In this document: positions 9,065 through 18,793 of the stretch, in pieces
How positions within the stretch are numbered: the first letter of the stretch is position 1
How the letters are laid out: every line of letters starts with the position of its first letter
Notes under the pieces: generated by a model
The model's database searches: none
Seen by the model: the letters and a program-made list of their open reading frames with translations, nothing else
What the model was told of the DNA's origin: nothing
Program-made: the position numbers and the translations under genes
Assembly (NCBI GenBank): GCA_044869275.1
Contig: JBIOXB010000204.1
Location: forward strand, 1 to 30,996
Length of the DNA stretch: 30,996 nucleotides
Source: a bacterium
GTDB taxonomy: Bacteria; Zhuqueibacterota; Zhuqueibacteria; Zhuqueibacterales; Zhuqueibacteraceae
Direction of reading: 5' to 3'

Positions 9065-10705
9065 CTACTCCATTTCGGCTACCTTGCTCAGCGCAATGCC
9101 GAGCCGCGGCAAATCGCGCAGGCTCCGCAGCACGTCGTAGCGCGGCTCCCAAAAGCTGGCGAACTTGGCTTTGTACGCCCGCAATCCCGTGTAGCTAAAC
9201 ATGAAATTCAGGTGCTGGAAGAAATAATGAATGGCGCGCTCTTCCGGCGTGGCTTGCTCGCGTTCTTGAAATCCGGACATCGGCGCCATACCGAGATTGA
9301 AACGGGCGAATCCCTGTTCGGTGCTTTGAAAAAGGAGCTTAATTAACAGATAGTCCATGATGCCATTCGGCGCCTCCATTCGCCGGCGCAAGAGATCGAC
9401 CGTGGCCTCGCCTTTGCCATAGGAGGGAATCACGTTGACGAACGCGAGAATCTTGTCGTCTCCGTCCGCGGCTGCAAACACCGGTGTGGAGCGAATGTAG
9501 TTTGGCTCGAACAAGCCCAACGTGAACCTACGCTCACGACGGCCGGGAATTTGGAGCCATTCCTCGGACACTTCCTGCAATTGCCTGATCACGTCGTCGG
9601 AAATTGGCGGTTCGAAATGAACCGTATGAATGCCGGACTTCTCCAAGCGATTGAGGGTATGGCGTAACTCCTTTTTCACGTTTCCACCCAGAGAAAACGT
9701 CGCCAAATTGACAATGGCATCATCGCCGATTTTCAATTTACGCAAGCCGAGCTTCTTGTATATCGGCAGGAAATCCGGCAAAGTTTGGTGGAATGCAATC
9801 CCCCAATCATTCTCACGGCAAAACTCCATGAACTCGCGAATCGTTTGTTCCGTCTCTGCTTCCGGGCCAACCGGGTCGCCGAGCGCGACGGAAAAATTCG
9901 CGGCGACGCGATAGGCCACGAAACTGTGTTGCGATCGGGCAAAGAAAATGGATTTGTCCGGCCACGATTTGAAAAAGTCGAGCGCCGCGCGTCCGTGCTG
10001 CCGGACGATTGCGGCCGCGCGGGCGCGCTCATGCGGCGCAGTGTGGAAGCGATAAATCACCGGACGAAACAAGGCAAAAAGTGCATATGCGATTGCCACG
10101 AGCGTGAGCAACTGCAGCGAATTGAGAAACCAACGGGCGTAGTGCGTGTGTGGCGTAATTTGCTTGTCGCCTTGCAGTGCCAGAAATTCGAGCGTACGAT
10201 GAATGGCGTCTCCCAGATGAAAATTGATGCCGAATTGTTTTTGATCCAGCAGCCAAAAGCCGCCCACCCCATAAACAAATGCCGCCGCGAACGCAATGCT
10301 GAGACGAAGCATGCCCCAGCGCCAGTCGGGAATGCTGCTCTTTACCGTGAAATCTTTCCGCGTCAATAGCAGCAAAATGAACAAGAGCAGCGAAAACGTT
10401 GCCTCTTCATAGTCAAGGCCCTTGGTGAGATGAAAAATGATCGAACCGCTCGCCAAGAGCAAAACGGTCAGCCACGCACGCCTTTTGCGCTTGTAGATAT
10501 TGACCGAAGAGATCACCAGCGCAAAACCGACCAACACCGTCATAAAACGGGAAAGACGGAGGAATTCCAGCGGAAAGATGCCTTCCAATATGGCCTTGCG
10601 CTCAGGCAAGCTGGGGCCGATGACTGAATAAAGGTTCAACACTCCGCTACCCAACGTGACGAGCGTTGCGAGCCAAAGCAAAAACCGTCGTGGTATTTTG
10701 ATCAT
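9065..10705 (-). CDS. mprF: MprF/LysX-type aminoacyl-phosphatidylglycerol synthase (about 6 TM plus DUF2156 catalytic domain)
   Basis: HLTKGLDYEEA, DKSIFF, ALGDPVGP, LKIGDDA, VDLLRR..APNGIMDYL, NLGMAPMSG, GLRAYKAKF..WEPRY. Confidence 0.88.
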   Translation of the reverse strand: MIKIPRRFLLWLATLVTLGSGVLNLYSVIGPSLPERKAILEGIFPLEFLRLSRFMTVLVGFALVISSVNIYKRKRRAWLTVLLLASGSIIFHLTKGLDYEEATFSLLLFILLLLTRKDFTVKSSIPDWRWGMLRLSIAFAAAFVYGVGGFWLLDQKQFGINFHLGDAIHRTLEFLALQGDKQITPHTHYARWFLNSLQLLTLVAIAYALFALFRPVIYRFHTAPHERARAAAIVRQHGRAALDFFKSWPDKSIFFARSQHSFVAYRVAANFSVALGDPVGPEAETEQTIREFMEFCRENDWGIAFHQTLPDFLPIYKKLGLRKLKIGDDAIVNLATFSLGGNVKKELRHTLNRLEKSGIHTVHFEPPISDDVIRQLQEVSEEWLQIPGRRERRFTLGLFEPNYIRSTPVFAAADGDDKILAFVNVIPSYGKGEATVDLLRRRMEAPNGIMDYLLIKLLFQSTEQGFARFNLGMAPMSGFQEREQATPEERAIHYFFQHLNFMFSYTGLRAYKAKFASFWEPRYDVLRSLRDLPRLGIALSKVAEME

Positions 10706-10755
10706 ATCTTGAGCGCTCTCGTCAAGACGTCCGTTCTACAACAGTACTCGTCTGC

Positions 10756-13700
10756 CTAGAAGCCCGCCGTGAAATTGAACTGCCAAAACCATCCCTTCTG
10801 CGGCCGATCCACCGGATTGACGTAATCGATTTCCAGCACGGCGTAGCCCAATAAATTGACGCGGGCGGTGGCGCCGTAACTTCGCACCGGATCGCGATCG
10901 CCGCCCAGGAAGCTGGCTTTGTCATTTATGGTCCATGCCACACCGGTGTCGTAGAACACACCCGTTTCAACGGGAAAGGCGCCGTAGAATCCCGGACCGA
11001 GGTGAAGCACGCCGAACAGGGGAAAGCGCAATTCGAAATTAGCCAGCGCAATGCGCGAGCCGATCAACCGATCATACACGGGACTAGCAAAGGTTGAATC
11101 CGAGGTGGCAACGAATTCATTCGCGCCGAATGAGTTGCTGTCGTACCCGCGCACCAGGCCGGGATACCCCAGAAACAGCGGCGACAGCCGGCCGTCTTCC
11201 GCGTCTTTGCCGTAACGGCCAAAATGCAAAAAGCGCGCAGCAAGTGTAAACGGCCTGATCGGCATGAAGTAGCGGCGATAATCCACCAGCATGGTGTTCA
11301 TGTCGAGCGTGCCGAAGGTTGGAGAAAATTCGAGGCGGTAACCTTGCCCGATCAGCGGGCTGGTGGCTCCGAAAATCGAGGTGTCATAAACCAACGCCAG
11401 GCCTGTAGTAGCGAGATTGAGCGCGCTCGGCGCCGGCAGCGTCTCGGTTTGGTCGATGACCTTGTCGCCGGTAGCGAGCGAAATGCCTTGCGTGCGCAGG
11501 CGCTGCTGAAAACTGATGCGCTGGAATCCGGCGGAAAACTCCACGCGCTGTACGCGGCTGAAAGGATACGTGATAAGGCCTGAAAGCTCCTGGTTGAGCT
11601 GGCGATAGCGCAATTCTTGCTGAACGTCAATCTCGTCCCCATTATCAGTCTCCGCGATATATTCTCCTGCTTGGCTGACGATGTAGGGAATCTGTTGCAC
11701 CACAGCACCCCAATTCCACCGGTGCGAAGTATTCGTGTAGCCAAGCTGGCCTGCAAAGTCTTTAAAGTCGCCGTCGATCTGCACTTGCGTGACCAAGCCG
11801 AGATTGTGATTGCCAAGCTTGTCGCTCCACATCAGTGAAATACCGCCGCCGAGATGCACGCCGTAACTGTCATAACCGCCGGCGAGCACCGGCTGGCCAA
11901 CGTACGTCAGCGCCAGACTGGGCTTATAATCGAGAATGCGATAGTGGACAGCATTGGCTAATCCCATGGTCGAATTGTGCAGAACCGAATCGAGGCTAGT
12001 GGAGACGCGTGCGACTGGCGGCAGCTCCGCGCGGCTGACACCGTCGGCAAATTCCGCCGCCGGCTTGCCTGCCAGCACATCCGGCGCGTCCACGGCGTAA
12101 ATGTTATATTTGCCGTTTTCATAGACGCTGAAGGAAAGGCGATTGGTTTTTAGCGCGACCGAAAGCGCCGGGCTCGACGCCGTAATGCCGCTCACGCCGG
12201 TGTAGAGATTGGTGACCTGGAAGAGGTTGCCGCTCGCCGGCTCGAGGCGGTAAACATTCGAAATGCCGTCACGATCCGAAACGAAATAAATGCTTTTGCC
12301 GTCCGGCGACCATTGCGGATTGATATGTTTACCCTGCTGGAATCCGGCCACTTCGGAAATCTCTTCCGTCGCCACATCATAAAGCGCCAGACGATAGTTG
12401 CCAGCCTGCAAAACGCCGAGATCGGTGGTGAAACGGTCGGTGGCAAAAACAATCTGCTTGCCGTCCGGCGACCACGCGGGATGCAAGTCCGAATAAAAAT
12501 CGTTGGTGACGCGATGCAAGCTGTCGGCCTGCAAATCGTAAATAAAAATATCGCTCATGCCATTGGCCAGGGCCGAAAACGCAATCTGCCGTCCATCCGG
12601 CGACCAGGTGGGATTGAAAATCTCGCCGAGGTGCGGCAAACGAATTTCGCGCGTGATCTTGTCCTTCTTGAGGTCGAGTAAACCGAGGCCAGGCCGGCCC
12701 TTGGTGACGAGAGCGAAAGCGATGCGGTCGCCATTCGCATTCCACGCGCCGGCGGAGCTAATGAATTCGAGGCTCTCCAAATGTGGATCCTTTTCGGTGC
12801 GTACGATGTTGCGCCTGATCTTGCCGGTTTCCGCATCGGCGAGAAAAAGATCGATGGCGAACAAGCCCTTTTCCGAGAAGAAAATCACGTTCTTGCCGTC
12901 GGGACTCAACACCGGACCAACGTTGAGATCGCCCGCGCCGGCTTTTTTGCCGATCAAAAGCCTGCCGTATTTCTCCGGCGCTTCGGTGCCTTTCATCAGC
13001 GGGTCGTAGGCCTCGTGCAACGCCTTATGCCAATCGTTTGCCAAGGTATCCGGCCCAATATGGAGGACTTTCCGAATGGCGCCGTCGAGACTGGCGGAGT
13101 TGCCGGGCCCGCCGAACTCCTTCAGCAATCTTGGGATTGCCTCATCGCCCCAGCGGCCGGCGATATACGCCAGGAGCGCCTGGCCGTAGCGATAGGGGAA
13201 AAAACGGCCGCTTTCGAGGTCGCGTAAATTGGGGAGCTTCTTTTGCGTTTTCACGGCATCACGCATCCACATCGCGGTGTTAGGGTCATTCCAGCCGAGC
13301 GACAGAAACTCCGCCATGCCCTCAATGAACCACAAGGGCAATTGCAGCCCGGCGGGCGAACGAAAGCGCCCGCCGGTGTTCACGCCGGTGATATCATATT
13401 GAAACGCGTGCACCAGCTCATGTCCGATGACGTGATCAGTCTCGGCGATCGGCCCAGCCAACGGCAACACGACTCGGCGCTGCAACGCCTCCGTCACGCC
13501 GCCCGTGCCTTCGCCAATGTCCTCGCCGCCAAGCGCATTCGTCTGCCCGAATTGAGGATGGCTGGCATAGAGCAGAATGGGCTGGCGACCGGTGAGCTCG
13601 TGCTGCAGTGTGAATTTATGCCGACTATACCAGCGCTCGGCCATTCGCGCCGCTTGTTGTGCTGCATCCTTTTCTTCGGGATAAAAATAAATATCGAAAT

Positions 13701-13842
13701 GGTCGGTTTTGAGAATTTCGAATTTAAAGTGCTCGTATTGCACGCGGTTTTGTCCGAAGTATTGCGCCGCGGCGTTCCGTGGAGTGCCGATCAGGAAAAC
13801 TCCCGTCAGCAACAACGGCAGTATGTGAATTCGGTATCGCAT
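10756..13842 (-). CDS. Secreted fusion: gluzincin (MA-clan) peptidase-like domain + TolB-like PD40 propeller + Omp85 (BamA/TamA-like) barrel
   Basis: Signal peptide after a GAGGAG RBS (ATG 13842); HELVH plus PLWFIEGMAE; repeated P.WSPDG; alternating beta-strand C-terminus with VRGY loop motif and terminal Phe. Confidence 0.82.
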   Translation of the reverse strand: MRYRIHILPLLLTGVFLIGTPRNAAAQYFGQNRVQYEHFKFEILKTDHFDIYFYPEEKDAAQQAARMAERWYSRHKFTLQHELTGRQPILLYASHPQFGQTNALGGEDIGEGTGGVTEALQRRVVLPLAGPIAETDHVIGHELVHAFQYDITGVNTGGRFRSPAGLQLPLWFIEGMAEFLSLGWNDPNTAMWMRDAVKTQKKLPNLRDLESGRFFPYRYGQALLAYIAGRWGDEAIPRLLKEFGGPGNSASLDGAIRKVLHIGPDTLANDWHKALHEAYDPLMKGTEAPEKYGRLLIGKKAGAGDLNVGPVLSPDGKNVIFFSEKGLFAIDLFLADAETGKIRRNIVRTEKDPHLESLEFISSAGAWNANGDRIAFALVTKGRPGLGLLDLKKDKITREIRLPHLGEIFNPTWSPDGRQIAFSALANGMSDIFIYDLQADSLHRVTNDFYSDLHPAWSPDGKQIVFATDRFTTDLGVLQAGNYRLALYDVATEEISEVAGFQQGKHINPQWSPDGKSIYFVSDRDGISNVYRLEPASGNLFQVTNLYTGVSGITASSPALSVALKTNRLSFSVYENGKYNIYAVDAPDVLAGKPAAEFADGVSRAELPPVARVSTSLDSVLHNSTMGLANAVHYRILDYKPSLALTYVGQPVLAGGYDSYGVHLGGGISLMWSDKLGNHNLGLVTQVQIDGDFKDFAGQLGYTNTSHRWNWGAVVQQIPYIVSQAGEYIAETDNGDEIDVQQELRYRQLNQELSGLITYPFSRVQRVEFSAGFQRISFQQRLRTQGISLATGDKVIDQTETLPAPSALNLATTGLALVYDTSIFGATSPLIGQGYRLEFSPTFGTLDMNTMLVDYRRYFMPIRPFTLAARFLHFGRYGKDAEDGRLSPLFLGYPGLVRGYDSNSFGANEFVATSDSTFASPVYDRLIGSRIALANFELRFPLFGVLHLGPGFYGAFPVETGVFYDTGVAWTINDKASFLGGDRDPVRSYGATARVNLLGYAVLEIDYVNPVDRPQKGWFWQFNFTAGF

Positions 13843-13897
13843 ATTCGGTTTCTCCTCAAAGGAGACCACGCGCAGACAGCATTGCCAGGTGGTGCCA

Positions 13898-15277
13898 TTA
13901 CAACAACGTTCCGTGCAAAATCGCCAGCGCCACGGTGAAATAGATCACCAGCCCGGTAACATCCACCAGCGTGGCCACAAACGGCGCGGAAGAAGCAGCT
14001 GGGTCGAAGCCCAAACTCCGCATAACGAACGGCAGCATCGAACCGGCGAGCGATCCCCAGGTGACGACGCCGATCAAGCTTGCCGACACGGTTGCAGCCA
14101 CGAGCATATAGTGCTGGCCATAGAGCGTGGCATGGTGTGGCCACACGATGATTCGCACAAAGGCAATCGAGCCGAGCACGCCGCCGAGCGCGAGGCCGCT
14201 CAAAAACTCGCGCCGCATGACTCGCCACCAATCGCGCAGCCGAATTTCTTCCAGCGCCATGGCGCGAATGATGAGCGAGGCGGCTTGTGAGCCGGAATTG
14301 CCCCCGCTGCTGATGATCAGCGGAATGAACAAGGCTAACACCACCGCGCGGGCTATTTCATGCTCAAAATAGCCCATCGCCGTAGCCGTCAACATTTCAC
14401 CGAGAAACAGCACCGTCAGCCATCCGGCCCGCTTTTTCACCATGCGAAAAAAGCTGATCCGTATGTAGGGCTCATCGAGCGTCTCAACCGCCGCCATTTT
14501 CTGAATGTCTTCAGTTGCCTCTTTTTCAACTACGTCGATGATATCATCAACCGTCACGATGCCAATGAGCACGCCCTCGGAATCGGTGACCGGCAACGCG
14601 ACACGATCGTATTTTTGCATCAGCTTCGCCGCCACTTCGCGATCGTCGTAAGCCGAGAGCGCGACGAAATGATGATCCATCAGCGTGATCACCGCTTCCG
14701 CAGGATCGGCGAGAATCAATTTGCGCAGCCGCAGGTCATCTATGAGTTTGCCGTGCTGATCGATCACATAGATCATGTTAATGGTCTCGGCATCTTTGCC
14801 ATGCTCGCGGACGTGCTCCAAAGCTCTGCCAGTGGTCCACTCCGGCTTGATCGCGACGTATTCCGGCGTCATCAAACGGCCGACACTCTCCTCAGGATAG
14901 CCGAGCAGTTGGCGTGTTTTGGTTAGCTCTTCCGCAGACAGCAGGCCGAGCAATTGCTGGGTCACTTGTGCCGGCAGCTCGCCGAAGAATCTGGCGCGAT
15001 CATCCGGCACTAGTTCTTCCAGCAAGCTACGGATGCGTCCGGTTGTCAGGTTTTGCACCAAGTGTCGCTGCTGATCTGGCGGCAAATAGGCAAAGACCTC
15101 CGCCGCTCTCTCACGCGAGAGCAACCGAAACAGAATCGCCCGCTCCTCGCTGGGAAGGCTCGACCAGAGGTCGGCGACCTCGGGCGCTTCCCATTCTGCA
15201 ATCCCATATTTCAAGCCCTCGAAGTCTTTCTGTCGAATGAGCTCTTCAATATCCGGCCCGAGTAGTTCTTTGAGCAT
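13898..15277 (-). CDS. mgtE: Magnesium transporter MgtE
   Basis: YPEESVGRLMT, CBS pair, GIVTVDD, EATEDIQK, SSGGNSGSQA, DPAASSAPFVATLVDVTG; start MLKELL. Confidence 0.95.
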   Translation of the reverse strand: MLKELLGPDIEELIRQKDFEGLKYGIAEWEAPEVADLWSSLPSEERAILFRLLSRERAAEVFAYLPPDQQRHLVQNLTTGRIRSLLEELVPDDRARFFGELPAQVTQQLLGLLSAEELTKTRQLLGYPEESVGRLMTPEYVAIKPEWTTGRALEHVREHGKDAETINMIYVIDQHGKLIDDLRLRKLILADPAEAVITLMDHHFVALSAYDDREVAAKLMQKYDRVALPVTDSEGVLIGIVTVDDIIDVVEKEATEDIQKMAAVETLDEPYIRISFFRMVKKRAGWLTVLFLGEMLTATAMGYFEHEIARAVVLALFIPLIISSGGNSGSQAASLIIRAMALEEIRLRDWWRVMRREFLSGLALGGVLGSIAFVRIIVWPHHATLYGQHYMLVAATVSASLIGVVTWGSLAGSMLPFVMRSLGFDPAASSAPFVATLVDVTGLVIYFTVALAILHGTLL

Positions 15278-15293
15278 GGCGACTCTCTTTATT

Positions 15294-15409
15294 GTTAGAC
15301 GTGAAATCTGTGCTTTGGAGCAAAGAAATCCAAAAATCCAAAACTCAAAGCCCAAAACCACGGTTGGATTTTGTGCTTTGAATTTTGGTGTTCCGGCTTC
15401 TCCGGGTTA
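15294..15409. repeat. Intergenic palindromic/MITE-like repeat between degQ and mgtE
   Basis: AAATCC/CAAAA-rich arm opposed to a GGATTTT/TTTGAATTTTGG arm, ending in TTCCGGCTTCTCCGGGTTA, which includes the degQ stop codon and resembles the reverse complement of 25833-25857. Confidence 0.5.
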
Positions 15410-16918
15410 TGGCACCTGTACCGCCGCATAGAAGGTGTTTTCACCGCGCTGCACGCGCAAAGCGATGCTGTCACCGCTGGTCAAATGTCGGGTGGCACGA
15501 TTGAAATCCTGCACAGTTTGCACGGCGGTGCGATTGACTTCCTTGATCAAATCCCCGGGTTGGAGGCCCGCCTCATCTGCGGGACTTCCCGAAGCCACTT
15601 CCGTGATCACCACACCTCGCTCGTTGTGGTAACCGAGCTGCTGCGCAATCTCGGGCGTCAAATTCTGCACGGAGAGGCCGAGCTTTTTGCCGGTCTGCTC
15701 TTGGGGTTGTCCTTCTTCTTGCGGCTCACGACCGCCGCGGCCTTTCGGGCGCTCGCCCAAAGTCACGGTGAGATTCATTTCCCGGCCCTCCCGCAGCAAC
15801 GTGATTCTCGCCGCGCTCCCCGGATGGGCCTCCGCCACCGCCGTGCGCAGCTCGGTGCTGTTTCGCACTGGTTTGCCATTGACCGCGGTGATTACGTCAC
15901 CGCTTTTGATGCCGGCCTTGTCCGCCGGCCCCCCGGCCGTCACCTCGCCGATCAACGCGCCTTCGGTACTCTTCAGCTTCAAGGCTTTCGCCAGATTCTC
16001 GTCGAGGTCCTGCGGCACGAGCGCCAAATAGCCGCGCGAAATCTTGCCTTTGTCGATCAGCTCATCCATCACATGCCTGGCCATGTTGATCGGAATCGCG
16101 AAGCCAATGCCGACATTGCCGCCCGAAGGGCTGCTGATGGCGGTATTGATGCCGATGACATTGCCATCTAAGTCCGCCAGCGCGCCGCCACTATTGCCGG
16201 GATTGATCGAGGCATCAGTTTGGATGAAATCCTCATAATCCGCCAAACCCACGGAGGAGCGGCCTTTGGCGCTGATGATGCCGGCCGTTACCGTATGCAG
16301 CAACTGAAAAGGATTACCGACGGCGATGACCCATTGTCCGACTTTGACGTTGTCGGAATTGCCCAGGCTCACCACGGGCAAATCCTTCGCCTCGATTTTG
16401 ATCACTGCCACGTCGGTTTGCGGATCGGTGCCGATGATTTTTGCCGGGTATTTCTTTCTGTCCGACATAACCACTGTCAGCTTTTCGGCATCTTGCACGA
16501 CGTGGTTGTTGGTCAAGATGTAACCGCCACTGCTCACGATCACACCCGAGCCGAGGCCACGAACGATTTGCTTTTGATCATCCGGCGGAGGCGCCCCAAA
16601 GAAGCGCTTGAAAAAGTCATCGCCGAAGAATTCACGAAACGGATCCTCCGGCGTGCCAAACGGACTGGAGGTCTTCACCTCTTGCTCCGAGAAAATCGGT
16701 ACGACCGCGGGGCTGACCTGCTGCGAGGCCTGCTCAAAGAGCGTGCTCAGTTGATCGGCGAACGCGCGCGCCTCCGCCGAGGCTGGTGAAGAAGTGCTTA
16801 CCGCCTGCTGATGGATGGGCGGTGGTGTCCGCCCCAGCGTGGAAACGGCGAGGAGACCCGCGATAAGAACGGCGACGAGCCCCATCGCCGCGAACACCGT
16901 CTGCTTTTTTGCTGTCAT
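15407..16918 (-). CDS. degQ: DegP/DegQ (HtrA) periplasmic serine protease with two PDZ domains
   Basis: GLGSGVI, TNNHVV, D..TDVAV, IQTDASINPGNSGGAL, two PA..AG...GD PDZ motifs. Confidence 0.95.
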   Translation of the reverse strand: MTAKKQTVFAAMGLVAVLIAGLLAVSTLGRTPPPIHQQAVSTSSPASAEARAFADQLSTLFEQASQQVSPAVVPIFSEQEVKTSSPFGTPEDPFREFFGDDFFKRFFGAPPPDDQKQIVRGLGSGVIVSSGGYILTNNHVVQDAEKLTVVMSDRKKYPAKIIGTDPQTDVAVIKIEAKDLPVVSLGNSDNVKVGQWVIAVGNPFQLLHTVTAGIISAKGRSSVGLADYEDFIQTDASINPGNSGGALADLDGNVIGINTAISSPSGGNVGIGFAIPINMARHVMDELIDKGKISRGYLALVPQDLDENLAKALKLKSTEGALIGEVTAGGPADKAGIKSGDVITAVNGKPVRNSTELRTAVAEAHPGSAARITLLREGREMNLTVTLGERPKGRGGREPQEEGQPQEQTGKKLGLSVQNLTPEIAQQLGYHNERGVVITEVASGSPADEAGLQPGDLIKEVNRTAVQTVQDFNRATRHLTSGDSIALRVQRGENTFYAAVQVP

Positions 16919-16997
16919 GATGACTGCCTTCCTTTCCTCCTCCCCGACCCGGATTTTAGGATTTCATTAAAATTTGGCTTTGGCGGGAGGAAGCAAC

Positions 16998-17027
16998 GCT
17001 GCCACCGCGACCAAACGCGATGGCAGC
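16998..17027. other. GC-rich stem-loop between the BON gene and degQ
   Basis: GCTGCCA-CCGCG / CGCGA-TGGCAGC inverted repeat, no U-tract. Confidence 0.4.
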
Positions 17028-17053
17028 AAGTGTGAGTTCGAACAAGGGTACGG

Positions 17054-17782
17054 TCATGAGACCGGTTGATGCTTGAGCTGATTGTCAACGCTTGCTATGC
17101 CCTGAATTCTCCGCACTTCTTTCTCAATTTGTTTGGAGGCCCAGAAGCTTGTGACGGTACCGGACAGCACCGCCTTGCCATTGGTGACTTGCACCTGCAC
17201 AGTATGCCGTTCCAGAGGAAAATCACGCACGATCAAGTCGTGCAGAATACCAGTAAGGTTGGCATCCGAACCAGCTTCTCGAGGTGGCAACACGCGGATT
17301 TCGTTGGCGACGCTTCTAACCCCTTGGTGCCAGCTCGCCACGTCCTCGATGATCTCGGCTTGCCGGCCGGAATCGACCGTTCCTCGCAGAATCACCAGAC
17401 CATTGCTCACCGCGACCTCGATCCTGTCGGGGTCGTCAATGCTCTGGACCATAGCCAGGTAGTGCACAATTTCATCCCTAATGACGTTGTCCGGACGCGC
17501 ATCGGTCTCAACCAACACTTCGTTTTTGATTTCTTCCACTCCCGGCACCCGTGAAGTGATGGCAAAAATGTTACGCCAATCCCAGAAGCTCTTCACCGTG
17601 CCCTTGAGCGTGACAATTCCTCCCTCTTGCACCGCAACGCTAATTTGGTGCTGATATTCCCAATCAAGGTGATTCTGGATGCTGGCCTTGAGCTCGGAAG
17701 TGGAGGAGTTTGCGAAAAGCTCCGCTTGGGCCAGCAACACTGCCAAAACCGCCACGGACAGAATACGAATGGTGTTACGCAT
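17054..17782 (-). CDS. Periplasmic triple BON-domain protein (OsmY-like)
   Basis: Signal peptide MRNTIRILSVAVLAVLLAQA after an AAGGA RBS; three V.V..G.V.L.GTV...GV..V.N.L repeats. Confidence 0.9.
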   Translation of the reverse strand: MRNTIRILSVAVLAVLLAQAELFANSSTSELKASIQNHLDWEYQHQISVAVQEGGIVTLKGTVKSFWDWRNIFAITSRVPGVEEIKNEVLVETDARPDNVIRDEIVHYLAMVQSIDDPDRIEVAVSNGLVILRGTVDSGRQAEIIEDVASWHQGVRSVANEIRVLPPREAGSDANLTGILHDLIVRDFPLERHTVQVQVTNGKAVLSGTVTSFWASKQIEKEVRRIQGIASVDNQLKHQPVS

Positions 17783-17914
17783 GTTATTATTCCTTTCCTT
17801 TTGTAGTTCAGAACAACGAATGTCAAACAACAAGTCGGTACAATAAAGCTGCCGCCGAATTGGATCAAAGTGCGTAACCGCGAAACCCAAACTCGACGTT
17901 CAGCTCAGCAATGG

Positions 17915-18003
17915 GCAAAGAGAATACCACCGGACCTGATAATGGAATCAACAGGTTAGGGTGGAGAGTTGAGGGGCAATTTGCCCCACCGCGGCATAAT
18001 GCC
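17915..18003 (-). promoter_or_regulatory. Sigma54 promoter module P2 (-24/-12, IHF site, tandem enhancer boxes) upstream of the BON gene
   Basis: Minus strand TGGTATTCTCTTTGC (17929-17915, GG-N10-GC); AATCAACAGGTTA (17946-17958) fits IHF WATCAANNNNTTR; GGCAATTTGCC (17975-17985) and GGCATAATGCC (17993-18003). Confidence 0.82.
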
Positions 18004-18202
18004 CCTAAAGTCAGCAGGAGCAAGTTTGAGGGAGATGGGATTGCAGCAGGCAGAACTCAGTAGCTTGGTCGCTCCAAAGCTCCAGCTCAGACTCAAGCGG
18101 TTATCAGTGCTTAGCATGTGAGTGGGCGGCGCAGGAAAGGCAGACTGGCATGGAGTAACCAGTTGCTTCTGCCCTGTGGAGTGCTAAATGGCGAGCTGTC
18201 GG

Positions 18203-18234
18203 AAAAAAAAAGGCGACCGGCAAATGCCGGTCGC
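18203..18234 (-). terminator. Rho-independent terminator after the PG-binding protein gene
   Basis: Perfect GCGACCGGCA/TGCCGGTCGC inverted repeat followed by a run of 9 T on the minus strand. Confidence 0.9.
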
Positions 18235-18282
18235 TACTTTACGGGCAACGGGTGAGGACGAGGACAGCGCACCATAAAGATG

Positions 18283-18753
18283 TCATTGCGGTTTCTTGGT
18301 CTCGGATGGCTGCTTCTTTTCTACATCTTTCTTCGTACTAGAAATCTGTTCCACCGGCGGCGTGACCGATTTTGAAATCGGCGCCGTGTAGGCAACGCCG
18401 AGCTTATGCATAGTCTCCTGATTGGGCTCACCGGTCACTTTCAGCTTGTGGTCGGTCTGGTACTTCCGAATGGCGTTTTTCGTCGCCGTATCGAGCATGC
18501 CGTTGGCTTTGCCCTTGTAGGCGTTGGCTTTGATCAAAGCATTCTGCAGCGCCATGATTTCGTCTTTGTTGAGCTGCAACGCCGTAGTGGCCGTCATCGT
18601 ACTCTTCTGCTCCATCGTCGTTTTGTGTTCGGTGCTGGCCGGCGCCGTGGTCTGCTTTTTCTCCGCATTTTTAGCGGACTGTTGGGCAGACCCGACGGCC
18701 GCAAAACCCAGAGCCAGAACCGTGGCCAGTGCGAATGAGATGATGCGTTTCAT
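18283..18753 (-). CDS. Secreted peptidoglycan-binding domain (PG_binding_1) protein
   Basis: AGGAG RBS, signal peptide MKRIISFALATVLALGFAAVGSA, LQNAL..Y.G.ANG.LD..TKNAIRKYQ..HKLKVTG; low-complexity K/T/S/Q flanks. Confidence 0.85.
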   Translation of the reverse strand: MKRIISFALATVLALGFAAVGSAQQSAKNAEKKQTTAPASTEHKTTMEQKSTMTATTALQLNKDEIMALQNALIKANAYKGKANGMLDTATKNAIRKYQTDHKLKVTGEPNQETMHKLGVAYTAPISKSVTPPVEQISSTKKDVEKKQPSETKKPQ

Positions 18754-18793
18754 ATTGGATTTCTCCTGGTTAGAATTATGTTGATAAAGACCG

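Noticed and set aside
15278..15406. M-box (ykoK) Mg2+ riboswitch before mgtE, and the 28-aa N-terminal extension in the ORF track
   Set aside because: The gap is short and made of low-complexity inverted repeats without recognisable M-box features; the extension is translated repeat sequence.
17839..17854. Alternative sigma54 site CGGCAGCTTTATTGTA
   Set aside because: GG-N10-GT rather than GC; the site at 17915-17929 fits consensus and matches the P1 spacing exactly.
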